Assembly (NCBI RefSeq): GCF_036417845.1
Contig: NC_089978.1
Coordinates: forward strand, 20,902,000-20,965,999
Length of the DNA stretch: 64,000 bases
From: Apteryx mantelli
Lineage: Eukaryota
Direction: 5' to 3'
Shown: piece by piece, positions 53,401 to 64,000 of the stretch
Position numbering within the stretch: position 1 is the stretch's first letter
Layout: each line of letters opens with the position of its first letter
The notes under the pieces: model-generated
Told to the model about the DNA's origin: nothing
Seen by the model: the letters and a program-made list of their open reading frames with translations, nothing else
Databases searched by the model: none
Position numbers and translations under genes: made by a program

Positions 53401-54019
53401 TGTTGGCATACTTATTCTCTTAGGGGTGTAATTACTGTCATGATCTCTACTGGTGCGTTCAACACACTGTTAGAAAGGAAATGCATGAACACTAAAGTCA
53501 CTTTAAAAAATTAGTAGTTTACACAAAGATATTTTCACACTACACATAGCTTCTAACATCTAATTGATCACCTGATTACAAAAAAAACAGGCTAGTGTAC
53601 ACAATTTAATTTCACAAAAGAAAAAAATAGCAAATACCTAAATTTACATGTTAGTCTGGTATATCGTTCACAGAAGTGATTTCCTTGCATCAATAAGAGT
53701 TTTGCATGACAGATAATACATGCAAAATTTTACCAGAAGCATTGTACCTTCCATTCTCAATTTAAAGAGTCTGGTTACTGACCAAAGAACTCATCCCATT
53801 CCTGAGGAGGTAGGATTTTTACAATTTTCTTCTAATATCAAATAAAGATTTCCCTTCTGTGTTGCAAATGATTTCATGAACAAGCAAGTCTTACCAATTA
53901 CTTTTAACAGACTCAAAACATACAGCACACTCTTACTCAGTGTGAAAATATCTTTGGTAACAAAAGTGTGCCATGAGACATGACAGCTATTCAAAGTAAT
54001 TAAATTTGTGATACATTAC

Positions 54020-54189
54020 CACCGCTCCATTATCTGGCATCATTGGTGTTCCCATATTTGCAGCTCCTTCTGGCCCCATGGAAGGACCAGGACCCATTGC
54101 AGGGCCAGGTAAAGTTCCTCTGTTGTTCATATTCATACCCATCATTGGAGGAGGGCCTTGGTTACCAGCAGGTGCTGGGCTAAACGCAT
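54020..54189 (-). CDS. PSPC1: PSPC1 coding exon: (D)[56 protein letters not shown]
   Basis: The translation is near-identical to human [57 protein letters not shown]. The acceptor is tttgcatAG (reverse complement of 54190-54193) and the donor is GTG|gtaatg (reverse complement of 54014-54019). The exon runs from phase 1 to phase 0. Confidence 0.9.
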
Positions 54190-57100
54190 CTATGCAAAAC
54201 AATCTATACTTAGAGCTGTCCTATCTGAATTTTACAAGAATAAACAAACAATTTACAGTATTTAAAAAGCCAAATGTACAAGACTTCCAATACTTGAAAT
54301 ATAAAAAACTTTATTCTTTGAGACTGTACATTTATCTCAATCATCTGCTTTTAAACAGATTTTCATTAATCCCTTTATTTTGCATCATATAATTTGCCTT
54401 ATTTGAGAATCTTGAATTTTGCAGCTAAATATAGCTGTACTGGTTTTTGCACAGGAATTTAAGTGTCCATATAATATATACAGAGAGAGAGTACACATCA
54501 CAAATTAGAAAAAAGTGTCAATTGAACTTGCAATAATTTATAGCTATAACACAACCTGGCTCTGTCATGATTATAACATCATATTAAGTACGCAAGAACT
54601 GTTCTACCAATATTAACATTAGGTGTATAATGTGTTACAGGATATTAGTCTAGCATCTAAAAGCAATAGCAAAAGTGGCACTCAACTTTACAATACAAGA
54701 TTTGTAACATGACAGAAAGAAATCTAGCATTTAAATCTGATTATAGTAAAAATACCAGAAGATTAAGGAAAGTTTTGTTGCAACTGAAAGTGACATTTGA
54801 AAAAGGAACATAGCCTCCTCCAAAATTCTGATTCACAGTAAGAGGTAGAAAAACTCAAAAACATCCTTTGAGGAGAACATTTAGCTACAATATTTAGTAG
54901 GGCACCTTAATCTGCCACGAAACATCACTCTGCCAGTACCACTAATATGCTCAACAGGTAAGTAAAACTGCACTTGTAACATTTTATAATGTTGTTAAAA
55001 GAAAAGGTCTAACTATTTAAATCATATTAATGTCTGCTATTACGAGATTGGTGGGGATGCACCGTTTTTCCACACTCATAATCCATCCTATTCAACTGAG
55101 AGTGTGCATCCAAAATTTGATAACAAGAAAATGTGCCTTGAGAAACTAGCCCATGTTACATCATGGCAACACCTGAGCCCAATCAAGAAATAACAGACAT
55201 GTTGCCAGACTAGAACTTATTTGTCATTTCCATTCCAAAAATCAACCTCTCATCAGAACTACAACTTTTCCAGTAATGAATATAAAAACGAGCATCATCA
55301 TAAGCAGGTCATTTAGCCCAAATACAGTTTTTTGACCATCTGCATGTATGCAAAACTGCATCTTTATAACCTGCACTGAGCACAAGTATCACAGCAGTCG
55401 GTGAATCACTACATCCAAGATATTGCTGCTAAAATTGCAGACTTGGTCATCTACATTCACACCAACCACAAGTTGTCTAGCAAAATTAATTTATGCAAAG
55501 TGCCATGCATTAAGTGCTACACAACTTTATTAGACAAGACAGAAGTCCTAAGATTTTCAAAAAGCAAAACTCGCTTGAGTTTTGCCACGAGATGCTTCGC
55601 CAAGACCTCTCCCTACAACACCAAGCCAGAGCCAAGGCATGTGTAGATCAGGTGCTTCTTAGATACCCATAAGCATGATTAGTTCATGGTGCAGGTAGAA
55701 GCAGGTTCTGCAATCCAAGAGAAAACTACTATTGAGTATGCAATAGAACTGGTTTTTAGTGCCACCCATTTAAGGACTAAATATGGAAGGAAAGGGAGAG
55801 GAGTACAGAACTGCCAACATAAAGAGAAACCTTTGTTTTCAGAGGCTAAAAATACCCAGTACGAGTATCACGATGGCAGTGTTCAGTGTTGTTACTACAA
55901 TTAATTAAAACCAGTCCACGCTCTATTATCTATAGCATGTTTACCAGGGTGCTAATTAAACTTGGCATAGCCCAGCTGGCCAGATGTAATTCATGTGAAA
56001 TTACCCTTCAACTGTGACAAAGTTACATGCACTCTAAATAACCAAGTTGCAGGTGGCAAGGTCTGATGCAGCTGGTAATAAGCCACAGTCAACAATCCTC
56101 AAAGGAGAGAGAATTCCCATAAAGCCATTCTTCTCCATATTAGAGAAAGGTTTATTAGCTGGACCCAGCACCGCAGATCCAGTCAAATGCTATCATGTGG
56201 CTCATATATTCTCTCAGAACTTGTTTGCTGCAGACAACGATGTACAGGTGAGTGCTCTTGCACAAGTCAGCTCTACACTAATTAAACACAGCACAAAGGT
56301 ACCTTGCTTTCCAATAACCCTAACATGCAGATTCTTCAACTGCTGAAGACATCCCAGTTCCCCACTGTCCCAGATAAAAGTTGCAAGTAGCACAAGTAAA
56401 AGCCAGCTAAAAATAAAGTTAGCTCCAAGAGCAATAGTGAGAAAGATACATTAGGACCAATAATTAAAGGATTACTGTTTAGAAGTCTACTGCAACATCA
56501 GTGCTTTTTATTGGGCTTAAAAAAACTCTACAAACTAACCTAAAATCCATATACTGTGGAAAAAGCACCATCTTTACCTACTTGCTATGATACTTTCCCC
56601 TTTTAAAAAAAGCATTTAGCTGTTACTATAACCTCTTTTGAAATTACACATTTATTTCAAAAAGCAGTCATTTTTAATAAGTTTAAATCAAGTCATAGCT
56701 GAAACCTTATAAAACAAGACTATGATGGACCTAAATATTAAGCATTAAAATCTGGTAAGAAAAGTGAAGGGCAGTGAACTGACTGCTATATATACACATG
56801 CATCTAGAAAGATTTAGAATATATATGTAAAAAGCATATGTTGCAGATCTGAAAAATTGGCATTAGAAGTTTCCACAATATCAATATTTTAAGTTTCCTA
56901 ATTAAATGAAATTTTCAAGTAGAGCACATGAAAACAACACGCAAAAATACAACTATAAAGTAAAAATTACCAGTCAAAACTTATGCTTCAGAATATTATT
57001 TCTAGATTACTTGGTCTTTACAATGTCTTCCTTTAAAGTTATTTTTAAAGCTTTCAAAAATATTTTCCAAAAGAAAAATCAGTTTTGCACATTTGTAAAT

Positions 57101-57726
57101 GTGTTGCTATTGGTGAATGCAACAAAGTGAATAAGGTATTTGAAACCTGGACTGAACAAATACATTAATGCATAAATTCACATTAGCAAAGTTAAGCACA
57201 GCGTTTAATAAACTTTGCATATACTTTCAAATTTATAATACACAAGAACGATACTAACTTTTCTTAAGTCTACAATTTTAAGTTGTTTTTATAAATGCTA
57301 GGAAGCTTCCTAACAACATATATTGATAGTTAACATCATTTAATAAGATTGTTTTTTAAGAAATATTCCAAGTTCAGTATTGTTTAAAAGCAGATATTCT
57401 GGTTAAACAAAAAATTCCTAATTGTTTCAGTCTGAATATATGGAGCAAGTGCTAATTAAGAACACACTTTTTGAGACTTCACAGTACCAGTGTTTAGCAG
57501 TGACAATACTATAAATCACAAAAATGAACTGAGAATATTTGCAAGTACAGACTTGCAATAAATTAAGATACCAATCTCATTATCCATTAATCTTTTGTTG
57601 AGTATGTCAACAAGAACTGACCTATTTTAAGTTCTAAATCACTTCACTGCATGCAATTACAGTCACGATTTTTCTGATCAGGTAGCCCCCCAAAATAACT
57701 TTAAACACTTAAACAACAAAAGATTT

Positions 57727-57778
57727 AGATATCAGATCAGATATGCAGATATTCATCTGCTCTGATATCTGATTTATC
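57727..57778. repeat. Imperfect inverted repeat (hairpin-capable): atcagatcagatatgcagat-attc-atctgctctgatatctgat
   Basis: The arms are about 20 nt and mostly complementary, around a 4-nt loop (attc), inside the PSPC1 intron. Confidence 0.5.
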
Positions 57779-58060
57779 AGATGAATTCAAGAATATCCCC
57801 TTTTCTTGCCTTTTTACTTCTCCTAACTTGTGCATCATTTTTTCTCCCACATGTATTCAAAATAAAATACAAACAGATACTCACTGGAAAAAAAAAAGCA
57901 CTGTTTGGAAGCAAAATGGGTGAGAATTTGTATTTCCTAATATGAAATTGTTTATTCCTTTTAACCAGTACTTGTCACAAATGACTAGTATGAGTAACAT
58001 GTACAGTCCCAAAGAAACGAAATTTTAAATTACAGAAGCCTTTTTCCTTCAGATCCCTAC

Positions 58061-58118
58061 CTCCCATGTTTATTGCTCCACGAGGACCCATATCACCCAT
58101 TCTCATTTCCTGTTCTCT
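58061..58118 (-). CDS. PSPC1: PSPC1 coding exon: REQEMRMGDMGPRGAINMG(D)
   Basis: Translation is identical to human PSPC1 REQEMRMGDMGPRGAINMG. The acceptor is ctttcAG (reverse complement of 58119-58125) and the donor is G|gtaggg (reverse complement of 58055-58060). The trailing G completes Asp with the AT of the next exon. Confidence 0.88.
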
Positions 58119-61100
58119 CTGAAAGTAAACATAGTTTTCATGGTCAACCTATCATTCTTAGAACTTAAACATTCCCATTTACTCCACAAAAATAAAGATT
58201 TTCAAGTTTTAAAAGTTTTCATTGATTACAAAAGTGTACAAGGAATAAAATTAAATATATTCCCTTGCTTTTATAAAATGGAATGCAGTAATAAGTTCAA
58301 TAGAACAATGCTGTGCATTTTTGCACAATGCTAAAGGAGGATAATATCACAAGTTTCATTTATCAGATGCAGCCATCTAGTCTCCAAATAGTAATGTGAT
58401 CAACTGCACATAAATCCACCTTCACTATTTTCCTTAATAAAAAGCAGTATATTTATGTAGTAAAGTGTAAATAAAGATGTCTTATTACCATGTTGCCTAA
58501 TGGCCGTGGTTCAATAATACTGTCAATCTGGCTTTATGACTCAAAAATGCTGCTGTTGATTTGAAACCAAGCTTGGATGGGTTATACTATGGCATATAAA
58601 GTCAATCTTCCAGTTCAATTTTGTTCAAATAAATTTGACTGTTAACTCAGTGGTGGCACATTTTCCGATAAATCGCTTATGTCATGCTATTGTTATGCCA
58701 GATCAGATACTGACCCTCTTTTTGCAGCTAGCATAAAAATGCAGTATCAAACTATGTAACATGCATTTATGCTAAACAGACAAATACAATGACATGCCAA
58801 ATTGATGCAGATTCAACTGATTCTCAATTATCCACCAGAAAAAAGATTTCTGACATTACTGATCATGAACCATGGCCTGCAATGAAACAATACTCAAAAC
58901 TAAAAGTAGAACCAGAGTGGCAAAAATCACTTAGGGGAGAACAAGGTACACCTATCACAGACAACTAAAATTCTAGACAATTTTAATATTACCATTTACA
59001 TTGAGAGGATAAAATAGAACAAATTTCACAGTTCAAAATGAAAAATAATCAAATTTGTACCAAAAACAAGTAACATTTTTCTTCATTATGAATCTTCCGC
59101 AAGAATGCCAAAGTATATTCCACCTCAGAGTGAACACACATGCGTCTTAACAATAAGCATATGTGAAAAGAAAAAAATTACCTGAATCATTCCACTTACG
59201 ATTTATGAGTATAAATTCAGGCACCCTTTGAAACAAATTCCATTATCCTGAGCAACTGAATCAGTCTTGCTAAAAGCAACTTTTAAACTGAAATATTAAC
59301 CATGTCAAAATACATTCATAGTATTTCTACAGTTTCACAAAGGTCCTTTTTCATTCAATCATGTTTTGGATGACAAATCTGAGAGTCTTCTACCTTCACA
59401 CATTTAAAGCAGCAATCACCAATATTTGACAGAAGAGAGTCAATAGTTTTGTAAAAATATCCTGGTATAGGAAATTGTCATAACGTATATGACAAAAGGT
59501 TCTCGGGTCAATAGTTTTGTTTCTGGTAAATCATATTAGCCTAGTAAGTGTATTTAATACAAGAATGATTAAACACCATTTTGGATGAAATGCCTCTTAA
59601 TGAAGTTAGGGCTCATAACTAAAAGACAGAAGCAGGTTTTAAGGTCCAGCTGTGAAAGTCAACTGATGAACATCTTAAGAAGGACCTCCTCTTCCAATCC
59701 TATAACTCACCTTAAACCTTTATATCCTACAGAACCATGCAATTTTGTCAAACCTTTCAGAGCAATGTCTACTAGCATTTAGTAGTATCAGTATCCCTGC
59801 AAGGGGCAATCATATCTATAAATTGATACCAGCTAGTCAGTCACAAAAATCAGTATACAACTTTGTTGTTATCAGTCTACTATTATACCTTAGCCCTGAC
59901 ATTAGGGGATAGAAGGAAAAAATGTGGTATTTCATCGCTAATGCCAATTCTTAGCCCAGCATGGTAGAGTGACACCATGGCTACCTATTTACATCCATCA
60001 TGTAAATATGCAAGCATTTGTGTGTGTATAAACAAATTACCTCAGAGAAGCCACAAAGAAACAAGGGATATTCTTTAGCTACAACTGAATGTATCAGATT
60101 TTGAATTACTGCCCATAACCTCATTTGGGACACTTCCAATTCTTGCAACACAAAACAAGAATTTAAGTATCTCAGATTCCACTGCACAGTACTTTGTGAA
60201 ATGTGCTATTCAAGGCAGGGCTGAGTACGAAACCAGGTAGAGAAGAATATTAAATATAGAGCTATAGAAGTGTACTAATTACTAGAACTCAGTTTTGTGA
60301 AGGATAGAAGCATTGGTAAGCTTTGATACACCCTTAATTTCTCAGCTTGCCAAAAATGCTACAAGTCTTCAATTAACAATAAGTACAACAAATGTGAGGT
60401 AAAGGGGGAGTAAGAGGAATGGAGGGCTGTGGTTTTTTTTTTTTTTTTTTGCTAGTTTAATCTTTGTAACAATAAGCCCAAATAAGTATTTGCCACTTTG
60501 CATCTTTAACTTTGGTGTTGACTTATTACCATGTAAAAAACATTTCAGCTTTAGACTCAAGATCCACTGAAGTGCCTTATGATCTCTGCTGTCTATTAAT
60601 CTGTCAACACGCCTACCAAAAACTATTATTCCTCTCTTCCTATTGTTGTATTTTCACAATTTGTAGCATTCTGTTGAATTTTCGGCATGAGGAAATTCTT
60701 CATCTATAAAATTAACACTGAATTAGCACATATAAGATAAATCCCCTATCAGAGAAAATAGCTTCCAATGTCAACTGATAGCATACATCATGAATGTAAT
60801 TAAACACTTTACATAGTAACTATAAAAACATATTTAGATAAGATCATTTACAAAACCTTGTATTTGAAGGAGCCCAGTGTTGACAAAAACTCAGTTCTAT
60901 CCCACACAAATCATGACCTAGACAACTTTTTACTATGTGTGTATGAACAAGTTACTGCAGTTAAGTCCACCATTCTATGGCATCTGTCTAAAATACCACC
61001 AAGAAGGGAATACCAACAGGCAGTAAGAGTGAAGCAGCTGAGCCACAGCTCACTGATATTCTAGCCTACCTGAAGGCTCTGTTCTTTGACACTCAACCCC

Positions 61101-64000
61101 TTTGTGAAACATAAGGATGAGAACTGGATCATCTTCTCAGAGCTTCTTTTCTCACTATGTGATTGCCCATTCTTCTTTTGAGTAGTAGCCTGCTTCAGCC
61201 CTTTTCCTGAAGCCACCCATTAGTACCCATAACAGGGAATTAAAATTGAGCAGCTAGAGAGAGGAGGATTAATCTGTTACTAGAGAAATAAGTAGGGAGG
61301 TGGTTAAGAACCTCTGAAGTTGCAGTGTCTGGTAAAAGGACTCAAACTGGAAGAGAACAAGAAAAATGGATAATATACAATTACAGGGGGAAAAGTAAAC
61401 CATAAAAGACAAAGGGTGTGTAATAAAGTGTAATATAAGCTTTAGGAAAATCCTAGAAAGAAGAATGGGATCAAGGGAAAGCAAACAGTACTGTCAAAGG
61501 ACAATTCTTCACACAAAAGGACAAATTTCCTAATGACTTCTCTTTTGCATGATTCTAATAAGATGCTTTAGAACTCAATACCAACAAACCTCAAAAGGTC
61601 TGATTCATCTGAATAATCTGCTTTTAGAAAATTTGATATAATTGCAACTAACTACAGCATTGTACTTGCTAGTTATTTTAGAGGTACATATTAAAAATAA
61701 GTGAGATTTCCTCAGGTTTTAATGCCAACTGTAGAAACTAGATCTACATGAAAATATTGACCATTCCCAGTTTCAGTTACATACACATTGTACATTTGAT
61801 ATTTTATGGATTCTGCCCTTTTTACAAGCATTGTAAATGAGATTTCTTGAGCACTCAATATGTATCAGGCATAGCAATGTTCTTACACTTCCATCACCAT
61901 TGATACCAGTTGTCTAAGCAAACAGAAAACTGCCAGGATGATTCTTCTATTTTTTAAAAGATATTAGTACATTCTTAAATCCACTCTCCATAACTTCATG
62001 AAATTTATCAGTTTTGAAAAGGAACCTGGATGAGATACAGGAAAGCTTTCATCAGATGCCATTCCTCTCTCACATTGAAAATGAAAACACAAGTAGTTAA
62101 AAACTGAAACTTTTTTTTTTTTTTTTAAATCGACATTACTGACATTGTTTTGACAAACTGACATTACTCTTTTTCCTGGGAACAGGCCTTGTAATTTCAG
62201 CAGTTCAAAGAAATTAAAAACCTTGTCTCCAAATGACACAGTATTCACTGTAACAAAATTGTCAAAAAACTTATATGAAATGGAATATGTATCACTGAAT
62301 AACTTAGAACAGGAAAAAGCAAGATATCAACAGAAATATTAAATATCTGTTCATATCAGAAGACAGATTATATAGTTCCCTTCAAGTGTCTGTGGCCGAG
62401 AAATGCAATTCCCAATTCATGTAAGGCTATCCACTCATCTTTCACCTAAGAAATGGTGACCAAAATAATAAGACACAGCATCAAAAAAATGCCTTATTAA
62501 AGCACAAAATTTCCTACATCAACTCAAGTTTGTACATTAAAAATCAATAACTTCATAAATAAGCACACAGTTATCAAAGTGGTGTGTTCACCACGAAATA
62601 TTAATTCACGCTACTGATTTTCTTACCTGTTTTCAGTATGTGGAACCTGAACTTGCTCTCTAGCAAACTTCATATTTGACAAAATATGCAAGACATTTCT
62701 CTACCTCTTACTAGAATGTATTATTTTCTTCTAGGACTGGTTTATTTCATTAAGTCTTTCTAGGTAAGAAAAACTATTTCCAAAGGTCTTTCTAGGAAGC
62801 ATAACTAATTTTGTCATAGCTTTCCTTAATCATAAATTTTTCCCTTCCATCATGGACTGACAGAACAGAATAGTAACCATCAGCTACTGATTTACACAAA
62901 ATCATAATTTACTGAAAAAGGGCTGTATTTTAAAGACATTAATTATTGAAGCTGTTAAAATCACTGGTTAGGCACCCAAAACTAGAATGTATGGGATACT
63001 TTTGAGTACACATTATGTATGTTTTCTTCAGAATTTCTACCAGTTCACTCCAATGACTAGCTCTTTAGAAGTTAAGTTGCCAGTTAGGAGTTAAAGTAAA
63101 AAAGCCTTCTCCTCCCCCATTTTACCTTTTACCCTCAGTTTTTACTCACAGATTAAGACCTGTATGTAAAATCTCTAAAGCTGCAGTAACCAAAAATAGT
63201 TCTAATTATCCCAGAGGTAGTAACTTTAAATAACTGTAAATGAAAAACATTGATCAAATTTCAACATGCAAGATTTTTGTGCACCTCCCTGAGCAACCTG
63301 ACCTAAAGCCAGAGCTAGCCTCTCCTCAAGTTGAGAGCTGTACTAGATGATTCCTGAAATTCCTGACAACCTAAAATACTCTACAGTCTGTGAACCAAAT
63401 GACTGTTTCCATACAGGAGTTTGAAAAAAAATGAGCTCTCCTGTACCATACAAAATTAAGTATGAAAACACATTACACTAAGGAACTGCTACAATATATG
63501 TGAAGCTATACAGTCCTATTTTCATGTAGCAAATACAAGAATTTTCATTAGGTTTAATAAGTTGTCAATAGGACTTGGCCTTTGAGAAAAACATTCTAAC
63601 AAGGCTAGAGCAGATAGTTTAAGCCAGTTTCCTCCTTGCTGATTCAGGTCATGAATAGAATTGATGAAGCTGACTCACTGATTAAGTTACACCTCTAAAA
63701 ATACCAAAATTGCAAGAATCTAATCAATAAAAGCAGCAATATACACTGCATTAAATAGACACAGATATATATTCCAACATGTTTTTACACATGCATATAA
63801 TGTATATATACATGCATATTTGTACTTATATGTACATATACATACAAATGTTTTTAGCATTTATTGGAAAAGCATTCCTAATGATAGTTACAATGGTAAT
63901 TATAGCTGTTGACCAAAAATTATGATTTCCCATATGGAAAAAAGATTATTAATTCAGTGCATTTCTTACACAAATAATCCCATTATTTCAATAATATTCT

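Noticed and set aside
59200-59290. Minus-strand segment flanked by ttttAG … gtaatt that looks like a splice-bounded exon
   Set aside because: All three frames contain stop codons within about 90 nt. It is not a coding exon of PSPC1.
62627-62673. Possible small minus-strand exon: ATG AAG TTT GCT AGA GAG CAA GTT CAG GTT CCA CAT ACT GAA AAC AG | gtaaga (MKFAREQVQVPHTEN…)
   Set aside because: It has a perfect GTAAGA donor and an upstream stop codon followed by ATG, so it could in principle be a first coding exon. But the peptide does not match the PSPC1 N-terminus or any family I recognise, the Kozak context is weak, and 15 codons is well within chance. It might deserve a look only if RNA-seq shows a junction here.
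1-64000. Prokaryotic-style features (CRISPR arrays, operons, defence systems, tRNA or rRNA genes)
   Set aside because: The sequence is clearly vertebrate nuclear DNA, with spliced multi-exon genes carrying GT-AG introns, CR1 LINEs, CpG depletion and microsatellites. I saw no direct-repeat/spacer arrays and no rRNA-like or tRNA-like cloverleaf sequences.

Overview
This window is vertebrate nuclear DNA, not prokaryotic. It is AT-rich, intron-dense and carries CR1 (chicken-repeat-1) LINE fragments, so it is avian or sauropsid and chicken-like. No CRISPR arrays, operons, defence islands or other prokaryotic systems are present. The ORF track treats TTG/GTG as Met and lists mostly meaningless ORFs. 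The window spans a convergent, tail-to-tail gene pair that is syntenic with human 13q12.11. MPHOSPH8 (M-phase phosphoprotein 8, MPP8, a HUSH complex component that reads H3K9me3 through a chromodomain) runs on the + strand, with 13 coding exons from the chromodomain exon (1233) to the stop codon (19193). I recognise these by translation against the human MPP8 protein as I remember it, covering the chromodomain, the K/E/S-rich linker, four ankyrin repeats and the C-terminal region ending VKLLIGAYRVQLQ*. The exon carrying the N-terminal part of the chromodomain lies upstream of the window. PSPC1 (paraspeckle component 1, DBHS family) runs on the - strand. I located its last three coding exons (58061-58118, 54020-54189, 50224-50409, stop at 50224); the upstream exons are beyond 64000 or not identified. 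Between the two 3' ends lies about 31 kb of spacer. It holds two independent 5'-truncated CR1 LINE fragments, both in minus orientation (about 23095-24800, with a 444-aa reverse-transcriptase ORF, and about 25985-26650, more degenerate). It also holds an isolated CpG-rich patch of about 210 bp (42715-42925) within AT-rich sequence. Small features are several microsatellites, a 35-bp tandem duplication, a polypyrimidine mirror tract and an imperfect palindrome. I found nothing I would call a novel biological system. The items most worth follow-up are the orphan CpG patch and a strand-composition switch, which suggests minus-strand transcription continues about 20 kb past the PSPC1 stop codon.
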